Positions 17,964 through 26,004 of a stretch of DNA of 64,000 nucleotides are shown here, in pieces. Origin of the DNA: Candidatus Fimenecus sp. (lineage in GTDB: Bacteria; Bacillota; Clostridia; Oscillospirales; Acutalibacteraceae); assembly GCA_045633505.1 (NCBI GenBank), contig JAZQYK010000061.1, positions 1,213-65,212 of the forward strand. The letters run 5' to 3'. The notes under the pieces are model-generated. The model saw only the letters and a program-made list of their open reading frames with translations. It did no database searches and was not told the DNA's origin. The translations under genes and the position numbers were made by a program. Within the stretch, counting starts at the first letter, position 1, and the number at the start of each line of letters is the position of its first letter.

Positions 17964-19497
17964 ATGTATCAAAGCGTCTGTCGAAACTTCTGTACTGAAT
18001 TGCTTCAGTAATGTGTTTAACGTCAATCATTTCTTCATTATCCATATCTGCAATTGTTCTTGCAATTCTTAATACTTTATCATAAGCTCTTGCGGATAAT
18101 GAAAGTCTGTCAAAGGCTGTTTTTAAAATAAGAACGGCAGCTTCAGTCATAACGCAGTATTTCTTTGTACTTGCCGAGTCCATTTTAGCATTACAAGTAA
18201 TATTCGTTCCTTTAAAACGTTCTAACTGAATAGCTCTTGCTTTTTCAACACGTTTTTTAATTTCTGCCGAAGTTTCACATTTTCTGTTGCTTGACAAATT
18301 CTCAAAATCAACAGGCGGAACTGAAATGTGAATGTCAAGTCGGTCAATCAACGGACCGCTGACTCTGTTTATATATCTTTGTGCCATTCCTTGAGAACAG
18401 GTACAAGGGCGGGTAGGGTGTCCAAGATAACCGCAAGGACAAGGATTCATTGCACAAATCATCATAACAGAACAAGGATATTGAAATTTAGCCATAGCTC
18501 TTGAAATGCTGATTACACCGTCTTCAATAGGCTGTCTTAAAACCTCAAGCGTGTTTCTTGTGAATTCAGGTAATTCGTCAAGGAATAAAACACCGTTGTG
18601 TGCCAAAGATACTTCACCGGGGCGTGGAATTGCGCCACCACCTGAAAGTCCGGCAGGGGAAACGGTGTGATGAGGTGAACGGAATGGTCTTGACCTTAAA
18701 AGTGATACACCCGACGGCAACGCACCCGCAATTGAATAAATATTCGTGGTTTCAATAGACTCATCAAAGGTCATATCAGGCAAAATTGACGGCATTCTTT
18801 TTGCCAACATACTCTTACCTGACCCAGGAGGACCAACCATAAGCACGTTATGTCCGCCGGCAGCGGCGATTTCAAGTGCTCGTTTTGCTTCTTCCTGACC
18901 TTTAACGTCGGAAAAGTCGGGCAAATTATCGGGGTTTCTGTATTCTGTATAATCATCGGGGGATACGGGAGTAATCATTGCAATCCCTTGAAGATGATTT
19001 AAAAGCTGAAGTACGGTTTTTACAGGATAAACTTCAATTCCCTGAACAACGGCACCTTCTTTTATGTTTTCAGCAGGGATAAAGATTTTTTGAATACCCT
19101 TTTTCTTGGCGCAAAGCACCATTGGAAGAACACCGTTGACCTTTCTCAACGTACCATCAAGGGACAATTCACCAATAAAAGCCATATTTTCATCAATGCC
19201 TTTTAGTTGGTCGTTAGCGCAAAGCAAAGATATTAAGATTGGCAGGTCATAAAGCGGACCTTCCTTTTTCATATCAGCAGGTGCAAGATTAACCGTAATT
19301 CTGCTTACGGGATATTGAAGATTAGTGTTTTTTATTGCAGAACGGACTCTTTCCTTACTTTCCGAAACAGCCGTATCAGGCAGTCCCACAATGTCAAAAC
19401 GAGGCATACCGCCTGAAATATCTGCCTCAACCGTCACTATATAAGCCTCCATACCAAAAAGACCGAGACTTGTAACCTTAGCGAACAAAAAAATCAC
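17962..19497 (-). CDS. comM: YifB/ComM family ATP-dependent protease-like Mg-chelatase subunit
   Basis: N-terminal Lon-like ChlI domain (GLPD.AV.ESKERV..AI), Walker A MVGPPGSGKSM, and a conserved Cys cluster (MNPCPCGY). Confidence 0.85.
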   Translation of the reverse strand: MIFLFAKVTSLGLFGMEAYIVTVEADISGGMPRFDIVGLPDTAVSESKERVRSAIKNTNLQYPVSRITVNLAPADMKKEGPLYDLPILISLLCANDQLKGIDENMAFIGELSLDGTLRKVNGVLPMVLCAKKKGIQKIFIPAENIKEGAVVQGIEVYPVKTVLQLLNHLQGIAMITPVSPDDYTEYRNPDNLPDFSDVKGQEEAKRALEIAAAGGHNVLMVGPPGSGKSMLAKRMPSILPDMTFDESIETTNIYSIAGALPSGVSLLRSRPFRSPHHTVSPAGLSGGGAIPRPGEVSLAHNGVLFLDELPEFTRNTLEVLRQPIEDGVISISRAMAKFQYPCSVMMICAMNPCPCGYLGHPTRPCTCSQGMAQRYINRVSGPLIDRLDIHISVPPVDFENLSSNRKCETSAEIKKRVEKARAIQLERFKGTNITCNAKMDSASTKKYCVMTEAAVLILKTAFDRLSLSARAYDKVLRIARTIADMDNEEMIDVKHITEAIQYRSFDRRFDT

Positions 19498-19570
19498 CCC
19501 AATTCATTGAATACTATTATACAATAAAGTTGTGGTAATTTTCAATAATTTTCGTCCATATATTTATATA

Positions 19571-19599
19571 TTTACTTTTTATATTTTTTGGAGTACAAT
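19571..19599 (+). promoter_or_regulatory. Sigma-A type promoter candidate for the phosphohexomutase gene
   Basis: TTTACT, a 17-nt spacer, then TACAAT, about 30 nt upstream of the start. Confidence 0.4.
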
Positions 19600-19629
19600 A
19601 TAAATATAATTTAAACGGAGGTTGTTTTT

Positions 19630-21345
19630 GTGAACGATATTAACAAACTTTATGACCAATGGCTTTTATCTGCAACGGCTGATGCCGATTTAATCCCTGA
19701 ACTTGAAAGTATTAAAGGGGATGAAGAAGCAATTCTCGACCGTTTTTATAAAAATCTTGAATTTGGTACTGCGGGACTTCGCGGTGTGATTGGCGCAGGT
19801 ACAAACAGAATGAACGTTTATACAGTCAATCAGGCAACACAGGGACTTGCTGATTATCTCAACGAAAATTTTGAAAACCCATCTGTTGCAATTGCTTATG
19901 ATTCAAGAATTAAATCTGAAGAATTTGCCAAAAGTGCGGCAGGAGTTTTGGCTGCAAACGGAGTTAAGGTCTATATTTATCCTGAACTTGTGCCAACGCC
20001 GATGTTGTCTTTTGCTGTCAGAAGACTTGAATGTTCATCGGGTATTATTATCACAGCAAGTCATAATCCGTCAAAATACAACGGATTTAAATGCTATGAC
20101 CCTAACGGCTATCAGATGACTGATGAGGCTGCATCAAAAACCTATGATTTCATTCAAAAAACCGATATGTTCACGGGCGTTAAAACAATGGAGTTTGAGG
20201 AAGCGCTTGCTGAGGATATGATTGACTTTATTGAGGATTGGCTGATGGATGAGTTCTATCAGAAGGTGCTTGATTGCAGAGTGAATCCTGATGCAACTAA
20301 AAAAGCAGGACTTAAAGTTATTTACACACCGCTTAACGGTACAGGTAACAAGCCCGTTAGAAAAATCCTTAAAAAAGCAGGAATTGCCGACGTAACTATC
20401 GTTAAAGAGCAGGAAAAACCTGACGGTAATTTCCCAACTTGTCCATATCCTAATCCTGAAATCCGTCAGGCATTTGAATGTGCAATTGAAACGGCAAAGG
20501 GAACTGACGCTGACTTGCTTCTTGCTACCGACCCCGACTGTGACCGCGTTGGTATCGCTGTCCGTGACGGTGACGAATACGTTCTTATGACGGGTAACGA
20601 GGTTGGCGCAATGTTTGCAGAATACTTGTTATCTTCACTTAAAGAGCAAGGCAAATTGCCTGAAAAACCAATTGTTGTTAAAACAATCGTTACTACTCCG
20701 TTGGTTGAAACGATTGCATCGGCTTATGGTGCTGAAACTGCTGACTTGCTTACGGGCTTCAAGTATATTGGTGAGCTTGTAACAAATCTTGAAAAGGTTA
20801 ATGAAGAAGACAGATTTGTTGTGGGTATGGAAGAGTCTTACGGATATCTTCGCGGTGCTCACGCAAGAGATAAAGACGCTGTCGTGGCATCACTTCTCAT
20901 TTGTGAAATGGCTTCTTATTATAAACTTCAGGGAATTTCTCTCAAGCAGTTTATGGACAGTATCTATGAAAAATACGGTATGTATCTCAACACCGTTCTC
21001 AACTTTGCTTTCGAGGGTGCAGCGGGTATGCAGAAGATGGCAGATATTATGTCATCACTCCGCGAAGATTCACCAAAGGCGATAGGCGAATATAACGTCG
21101 TTAAAGTTGCCGACTATAAAACAAGTGTGATGAAATCCGTTGACGGTGCTGAAACCGTAATTGACTTGCCAAAATCAAACGTGCTTTCATATTATCTTGA
21201 GGACGGAAGCGAGGTTATTGTTCGCCCTTCAGGTACTGAGCCAAAAATCAAGGCTTATATTACCGCTTGCGGTGCTGTCCGTGAAGAATCAGAGGCAAAA
21301 GCAAAAGAATTAGGCGATAGCATTTCAAAGATTTTAGGAGTATAA
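19630..21345 (+). CDS. Phosphoglucomutase / phosphomannomutase (alpha-D-phosphohexomutase family)
   Basis: Active-site ITASHNPSKYNGFK, the metal loop TDPDCDR, and the sugar-binding GMEESYG motif. Confidence 0.87.
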   Translation: MNDINKLYDQWLLSATADADLIPELESIKGDEEAILDRFYKNLEFGTAGLRGVIGAGTNRMNVYTVNQATQGLADYLNENFENPSVAIAYDSRIKSEEFAKSAAGVLAANGVKVYIYPELVPTPMLSFAVRRLECSSGIIITASHNPSKYNGFKCYDPNGYQMTDEAASKTYDFIQKTDMFTGVKTMEFEEALAEDMIDFIEDWLMDEFYQKVLDCRVNPDATKKAGLKVIYTPLNGTGNKPVRKILKKAGIADVTIVKEQEKPDGNFPTCPYPNPEIRQAFECAIETAKGTDADLLLATDPDCDRVGIAVRDGDEYVLMTGNEVGAMFAEYLLSSLKEQGKLPEKPIVVKTIVTTPLVETIASAYGAETADLLTGFKYIGELVTNLEKVNEEDRFVVGMEESYGYLRGAHARDKDAVVASLLICEMASYYKLQGISLKQFMDSIYEKYGMYLNTVLNFAFEGAAGMQKMADIMSSLREDSPKAIGEYNVVKVADYKTSVMKSVDGAETVIDLPKSNVLSYYLEDGSEVIVRPSGTEPKIKAYITACGAVREESEAKAKELGDSISKILGV

Positions 21346-21349
21346 TTTA

Positions 21350-21445
21350 ATGAAAAGAGAAACCTTTATAAAAGCAGTGTCAATTTTTCTGGCTGTGATT
21401 ATGATTTTAAGTACGGCAACCGTACTGTTTCAGATATTTATGTAA
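21350..21445 (+). CDS. Possible 31-aa single-pass membrane peptide
   Basis: ATG 5 nt after the preceding stop encodes MKRETFIKAVSIFLAVIMILSTATVLFQIFM. The operon terminator follows. Below the ORF-track cutoff. Confidence 0.3.
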   Translation: MKRETFIKAVSIFLAVIMILSTATVLFQIFM

Positions 21446-21452
21446 TTTTAAT

Positions 21453-21479
21453 GGGGTAGCCGAATGCTGCCCCTTTTTC
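21453..21479 (+). terminator. Rho-independent terminator
   Basis: ggggtagc / gctgcccc stem followed by TTTTT. Confidence 0.7.
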
Positions 21480-21517
21480 TTGTCGGTCTATTTATGAATA
21501 TTATACAAAAATTTCTG

Positions 21518-21545
21518 TTGACTTTTATTTTTTTTGTGATATAAT
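21518..21545 (+). promoter_or_regulatory. Extended -10 sigma-A promoter candidate for the sigma-factor gene
   Basis: TTGACT, a 16-nt spacer, then TGaTATAAT. Confidence 0.5.
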
Positions 21546-21594
21546 TTAAAACATATAGGTGTAGTTGTGTTTAGTAACTTATGAGGTGGAAAGT

Positions 21595-22146
21595 TTGGAC
21601 GATAATTTACTTGTCTCAAAGGCTAAGGAAGGGGACAGTAATTCTTTAACAACTTTGATTAAACGTTATTCTGATATGGTCTTTCAAAAATCTCTTTCTT
21701 TTAAACAGTTAAGCGGAATTGATTACGAAGATTTATATCAGGAGGGAATGATTGGACTTCTTGGTGCGGTTTATTCTTTTGATGACTCAAAGGACGTTTT
21801 GTTTTCAACCTTTGCTTCAACTCTTGTTACGAGAAAAATGCTTTCAGCATTGAGAAATGCCAATAATAAAGCAAACATTCCTCTCCATTCATATATATCC
21901 ATTGACGAAGAAATAAATCTTCGTTCATATTCACCGACTCCTGAGGATTTGTTGCTTTTTAATGAAGAAATTGAAAGAATAAACTCATTTGTTGAAGATA
22001 ATCTTTCAAAAACTGAAAAGAAAGTTTTCAAGCTTAATATGCTTGGTTTAAGTTATAATGAAATTGCTGAGATTCTTGATTGCAATGAAAAATCAGTTGA
22101 TAATGCTTTGCAAAGAATACGCAAGAAAATCCGCAGTATCAAATAA
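21595..22146 (+). CDS. RNA polymerase sigma factor, sigma-70 family (group 3/4-like, regions 2 and 4)
   Basis: Region 2 (DLYQEGMIGLLGAV..FD) and a region 4 HTH (LSYNEIAEILDCNEKSVDNALQRIRKK). A TTG start at 21595 follows GAGGTGG and is in frame with ORF 21565. Confidence 0.75.
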   Translation: MDDNLLVSKAKEGDSNSLTTLIKRYSDMVFQKSLSFKQLSGIDYEDLYQEGMIGLLGAVYSFDDSKDVLFSTFASTLVTRKMLSALRNANNKANIPLHSYISIDEEINLRSYSPTPEDLLLFNEEIERINSFVEDNLSKTEKKVFKLNMLGLSYNEIAEILDCNEKSVDNALQRIRKKIRSIK

Positions 22147-22182
22147 AAGCCCTTTGGGTAAAAAAATAAGCGAGGTAGCAAA

Positions 22183-22458
22183 ATGTACGAAGACAAAACA
22201 CTCATCTGTAAAGATTGTGGAAACGAATTTGTTTTTACAGCAGGTGAACAGGAATTCTATGCAGAGAAAGGATTTGTAAACGAGCCACAAAGATGTAAAG
22301 AGTGCCGTGTTGCACGCAAAAACTCAATCCGTGGTGCTAAAGAATATCATACAGCTGTATGTGCTTCTTGCGGTGGCGAAGCAAAAATTCCTTTCGTTCC
22401 AAAGGATGACAGACCTGTTTATTGCAGCGAATGCTTTGCAAAAATGAAGGGCGAATAA
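22183..22458 (+). CDS. Zinc-ribbon protein with a CxxC-x17-CxxC domain
   Basis: Four CxxC pairs: CKDC..CKEC, and CASC-17 residues-CSEC. A good RBS is present, 36 nt downstream of the sigma-factor gene. Confidence 0.7.
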   Translation: MYEDKTLICKDCGNEFVFTAGEQEFYAEKGFVNEPQRCKECRVARKNSIRGAKEYHTAVCASCGGEAKIPFVPKDDRPVYCSECFAKMKGE

Positions 22459-22473
22459 TTAAAACCAAATTTA

Positions 22474-22502
22474 CACGAGGTGCTTTTGCATCTCGTGTTT
22501 TT
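22474..22502 (+). terminator. Rho-independent terminator
   Basis: cacgaggtgc-tttt-gcatctcgtg followed by TTTTT. Confidence 0.7.
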
Positions 22503-22504
22503 CA

Positions 22505-22634
22505 TTGACTTTACGTAAAATTAATGCTAGGATAAGACAGGGGACGGTTCTCTGTCTTCGGGGAAATCCAACAACTAAAACTTAATATTTCACACTAAAA
22601 GCCGATGGGTGTAAAAATCCATCGGCTGTTTTTT
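22505..22634 (+). promoter_or_regulatory. Promoter plus ~95-nt structured leader ending in an intrinsic terminator, upstream of spoVAE
   Basis: TTGACT (22505), a 17-nt spacer, TAGGAT (22528). A hairpin agacag..ctgtct follows, then a terminator agccgatgg/ccatcggct plus T-run (22600-22634). The spoVAE RBS and ATG lie 45 nt further on. Confidence 0.35.
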
Positions 22635-22679
22635 CATATTTTTCTTTTTTTTAGACAAAATATCAAGGGAGGAAGAAAT

Positions 22680-23033
22680 ATGATTTTTTTAAAAGCATTT
22701 TTAGTTGGCGGAGTAATCTGTTTGATTGGTCAGTTGTTGATTGATTTAACAAAACTTACTCCGGCAAGAATACTTGTTGCATTCGTAGTTTTCGGTGTAA
22801 TTTTGGGTGGCTTGGGACTCTACGAGCCTTTGGTAGAATGGGCAGGGGCAGGAGCAACCGTGCCCCTTACAGGCTTCGGCAATACCTTGGTGCAAGGCAC
22901 GAAAGATGCCATAAAAGAAAAAGGCGCGTTGGGAATTTTCACAGGTCCGCTTTCTGCCGCTTCGGTAGGAATTACGGTTGCAATGCTCTGCGGACTAATA
23001 ACGTCCTTCGTAACAAAACCAAAATCAAAGTGA
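22680..23033 (+). CDS. spoVAE: Stage V sporulation protein AE (SpoVAEB-type, 117 aa)
   Basis: MIFLKAFLVGGVICLIGQLLIDLTKLTPA..GLYEPLV.WAGAGATVPLTGFGN.LVQG is near-colinear with B. subtilis SpoVAEB. The track start at 22605 lies inside a terminator hairpin, so the ATG at 22680 after GGGAGG is used. Confidence 0.9.
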   Translation: MIFLKAFLVGGVICLIGQLLIDLTKLTPARILVAFVVFGVILGGLGLYEPLVEWAGAGATVPLTGFGNTLVQGTKDAIKEKGALGIFTGPLSAASVGITVAMLCGLITSFVTKPKSK

Positions 23034-23040
23034 AAAAAAT

Positions 23041-23072
23041 AAGGACTGCAAAAGCAGTCCTTGAAATTTTTT
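23041..23072. terminator. Terminator hairpin between convergent genes
   Basis: aaggactgc-aaaa-gcagtcctt followed by a T-run. Confidence 0.7.
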
Positions 23073-23076
23073 ATAA

Positions 23077-23256
23077 TTATGCAACAGTTTCAGAAACGAA
23101 CGTATCGTCACAGCATGAGCATGAAACGTAATTTTCAGCATCGTGACCGATTACAACTCTTTTACTGTCAACGTATTTTTTGATAATAACATACGCGGCA
23201 ACGGCAACAGCGGCAATTGCAGCAATAATAGCAATAACTTTCAAAGCCTTTTTCAT
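23077..23256 (-). CDS. Unlisted 59-aa membrane-anchored protein with C-terminal Cys cluster
   Basis: GGAGGTTAATTCTT-ATG on the minus strand encodes MKKALKVIAIIAAIAAVAVAAYVIIKKYVDSKRVVIGHDAENYVSCSCCDDTFVSETVA. One residue below the track cutoff. Confidence 0.45.
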   Translation of the reverse strand: MKKALKVIAIIAAIAAVAVAAYVIIKKYVDSKRVVIGHDAENYVSCSCCDDTFVSETVA

Positions 23257-23389
23257 AAGAATTAACCTCCATTTGAAATCTTTCTTTAATTATACACAAC
23301 ATTCCATAAAATGTCAATGAACAGTTTTTAAATAAAGAAAAATGCCGAAGACTTTCGTCAACGGCAAAGAACTACGCATAAGTCATGTG

Positions 23390-23647
23390 TTAAGCCTTGT
23401 TAAGCTTTGTAACGAGAGCAGACTTTTTACGAGCTGCATTATTCTTATGAAGAAGACCCTTAGCAGCAGCCTGGTCAATTTTCTTAACAGCAACCTTTAC
23501 AAGCTCTTCTTTATCAGCAGCCTTAGTTTCAATAGCAATATTTGCCTTTTTGATAGCTGTCTTAAGTGCTGAATTAGCTGACTTGTTACGCTGTGCCTTT
23601 GTCTTGTTAACGAGAACACGCTTTTTAGCTGATTTGATATTTGGCAT
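23390..23647 (-). CDS. rpsT: 30S ribosomal protein S20
   Basis: MPNIKSAKKRV..KNKS.KS..KT..KK.. with a typical length of 85 aa. The start is moved to the internal ATG at 23647. Confidence 0.95.
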   Translation of the reverse strand: MPNIKSAKKRVLVNKTKAQRNKSANSALKTAIKKANIAIETKAADKEELVKVAVKKIDQAAAKGLLHKNNAARKKSALVTKLNKA

Positions 23648-23789
23648 AATCGTTACACCTCCTTCGTTTTTACAGATACATATATTATCACGAATTGAAT
23701 TAAAAATCAAGTTTTTTTTACAAAATGAGTATATTTTTTTATTTAGCTAATAATAAAGTTAAAAAATTGAATTTTTAAAGGTGATTTTA

Positions 23790-24629
23790 TTGCAATACAG
23801 GACGGATTTAGCCATAGAAAAAGAAGAGCTTTTATCAGATTCCGATAAAAAAGGTGTATTGGTTAAGAAATGGAATAAAGACGATGCAGATATTACTCTT
23901 GTTGAAATTGTTGATGAATCAGGCGAAAAAAGTATTGGTAAACCCAAAGGAAAATACTATACGATTAAAGTGCCTGAGTTTTCTCACGAAACGGAATTGC
24001 TTGACGGCAGATTAACTGCAATTACAGAAATAATCAAAGATTTGCTTCCAACGTCAAAAGGACTGATTCTCGTTGCAGGTGTGGGAAATGACAATATTAC
24101 CCCTGATGCGCTCGGACCGTTGTGCGCGGAACAGATTTTTGTAACTAGACATATAGAAAGTGTTTTAAACGATGATTTTTTAACTCCTGACTTAAGACCT
24201 GTTTCGTCTATTTCTACAGGTGTGTTAGGGCAGACGGGGCTTGAAGCGGCTGAATATATCAAAGCAATTGCTGACTCAATAAAACCCGATGCCGTTATTG
24301 TGGTTGACGCTTTGGCGTCTAAAGGTATTTCGCATCTCGGAAAGACCGTGCAGTTATCCGATACGGGAATATCACCCGGTTCGGGAGTAGGGAATTATCG
24401 CAAAAAAATTGATATAGATTATCTTGGAGTGCCTGTTATTGCAATTGGCGTACCCACGGTTGTAGATGGAAAAAGTATAAACGAAACCCTTGAAGAAACG
24501 GAAAATATGATAGTAACCCCCAGCGATATTGATTCTATAATTCAAAGAGCTTCAAAACTTCTTGCGTTGAGTATAAACTGTGCATTACACCGTAACGTTG
24601 AGCCGCAATTGCTTTTGTCCTTAATGTAG
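23790..24629 (+). CDS. gpr: Germination protease GPR (spore endopeptidase, peptidase A25)
   Basis: RTDLAIE, VAGVGN..ITPDALGP, RPVS.I..GV.G.TG.E, VDALA and ISDTGI.PGSGVGN motifs are colinear with B. subtilis Gpr. The start is TTG at 23790 after AGGTGA (the track begins at GTG 23781). Confidence 0.9.
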   Translation: MQYRTDLAIEKEELLSDSDKKGVLVKKWNKDDADITLVEIVDESGEKSIGKPKGKYYTIKVPEFSHETELLDGRLTAITEIIKDLLPTSKGLILVAGVGNDNITPDALGPLCAEQIFVTRHIESVLNDDFLTPDLRPVSSISTGVLGQTGLEAAEYIKAIADSIKPDAVIVVDALASKGISHLGKTVQLSDTGISPGSGVGNYRKKIDIDYLGVPVIAIGVPTVVDGKSINETLEETENMIVTPSDIDSIIQRASKLLALSINCALHRNVEPQLLLSLM

Positions 24630-24686
24630 TTATTTTTAAAATCATTCTTTCATATAATATCAAGAAAAATATGAAAGGGTGATGGC

Positions 24687-25814
24687 TTGAATAAAAGGAC
24701 AAACTCAAGAAAACCGATTGAATGTATTTCTTTATTCATAATACCGTTGTTGATTTTTACGTCTCTTATTTATAATGATAATCTTAAAGATTTGTGTGTG
24801 GACGTTCTGAATTTCACGTCTTTTCTGATTTTCCCGGAAGAAACCGTAAAATTAAATAACGGTAATAACACTTCAGCAGAAGAAAATACAGCCTCTTTAA
24901 TAGATTCAGCAACCGATACCGAGATGGTGTCTGCGGCAATAAAACTAAAGTCCGATATACCCGATGACGTAAGACAATTGATTGAAGAAGCAGAAAAAAC
25001 CTATGCTAATTCGTCCAATGACGGCTTGATTGAGGAAGTCGATTATAGCACTAAAAACGCAACTGCTCAATTTGAAAATATGTATTTCAGAAATTCCACA
25101 CTTGATAGAGAAATTAACGTTGGAGAATATATAACAAAAAAAATTGAGGCAGACGTGGTTAAAAGTCAGCCTTCAGTCTTGATATATCACACTTATACCT
25201 CCGATAGCTATGAATTACTTGACAGAGGATTTTACACCGTTGAAAGAGATATAAGAAGCACAAATAACAAAGAAAACGTCGTAAGAATCGGTGATGAAAT
25301 CTGCAATTGTTTAGAAAGTCAGGGATACAAAACTATTCATATCACCGATTGCTTTGACACTCAGTATAGTGGTGCGTATGAACGTTCGCGCCAAGTGGTA
25401 AGCGAGGTTCTAAAGGCAAATCCGTCAATACAGATTGTACTTGATATTCACCGCGATTCCATTTATTTGAAAGACGGTGTAAGAATAAAAACCGTTACGG
25501 AAATTGAGGGGAGTAAAGCGGCGCAAATTTTAATAACAACAGGGTGTGAAAGCGGAAGCGTAAATGATTTTCCGAACTGGGAAAAAAATCTTACCTTTGC
25601 TTTGAATTTACAAAAGCAATTAACCAACGACTACTCAACACTTGCAAGACCTTTGACGATAACTTCTAAAAAAATGAATATGGATTTAATCCCTTGCGCG
25701 TTATCAGTCGAAATAGGAACCGATGCAAATACTTTAGCAGAAGCAATATATTCATCAAGGTTGTTTGCGGACTCGTTAGCCAAAGTTTTAAAGGAGTGTG
25801 AAACTAATGAGTGA
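24687..25814 (+). CDS. spoIIP: Stage II sporulation protein P (SpoIIP)
   Basis: N-terminal TM segment, the VLIYHTYTSDSY motif, and DIHRD plus a C-terminal region typical of SpoIIP. The Bacillus-like synteny rpsT/gpr/spoIIP supports the call. Confidence 0.82.
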   Translation: MNKRTNSRKPIECISLFIIPLLIFTSLIYNDNLKDLCVDVLNFTSFLIFPEETVKLNNGNNTSAEENTASLIDSATDTEMVSAAIKLKSDIPDDVRQLIEEAEKTYANSSNDGLIEEVDYSTKNATAQFENMYFRNSTLDREINVGEYITKKIEADVVKSQPSVLIYHTYTSDSYELLDRGFYTVERDIRSTNNKENVVRIGDEICNCLESQGYKTIHITDCFDTQYSGAYERSRQVVSEVLKANPSIQIVLDIHRDSIYLKDGVRIKTVTEIEGSKAAQILITTGCESGSVNDFPNWEKNLTFALNLQKQLTNDYSTLARPLTITSKKMNMDLIPCALSVEIGTDANTLAEAIYSSRLFADSLAKVLKECETNE

Positions 25815-25932
25815 ACTGTCACAAATTATTAAAAATTTTTTATTGATATCCATTGTTATTTTGTTGATTACCGTGGGGGTTTGCAGTGTGTTTATAATTG
25901 AAGAAAACACAGGCGCTATGCTGTTTGGATAA
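25807..25932 (+). CDS. Possible 41-aa single-pass membrane peptide coupled to spoIIP
   Basis: The ATG overlaps the spoIIP stop (AATGAGTGA). It encodes MSELSQIIKNFLLISIVILLITVGVCSVFIIEENTGAMLFG. Confidence 0.3.
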   Translation: MSELSQIIKNFLLISIVILLITVGVCSVFIIEENTGAMLFG

Positions 25933-26004
25933 AAAATTATTGCATTGACTTCAATAAATGTGTATAATCTAATATATAAAATATAAGCAAAGGAACAATG
26001 GATT

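Noticed and set aside
22183-22458. Zinc-ribbon protein as a classical ZAS anti-sigma factor
   Set aside because: It has no HxxxCxxC motif, no anti-sigma domain helices and no TM segment. It is retained only as a speculative partner, not annotated as an anti-sigma factor.
22530-22600. Possible preQ1-type riboswitch, given a hairpin followed by a CAACAACTAAAAC tail
   Set aside because: The loop and stem features do not fit the preQ1-I consensus as I recall it, and the downstream gene (spoVAE) has no link to queuosine. It is kept only as an unclassified leader.
22605-22679. Track-predicted N-terminal extension of the spoVAE ORF (MGVKIHRLFFHIFLFF..)
   Set aside because: This stretch is the stem, loop and T-run of an intrinsic terminator. 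The conserved SpoVAE sequence begins at the ATG at 22680, which has a GGGAGG RBS.
23700-23790. Forespore sigma (F/G) promoter upstream of gpr
   Set aside because: Biology predicts one, but I could not find a convincing GnATA-N17/18-CATnnTA match by eye, so it is not annotated.
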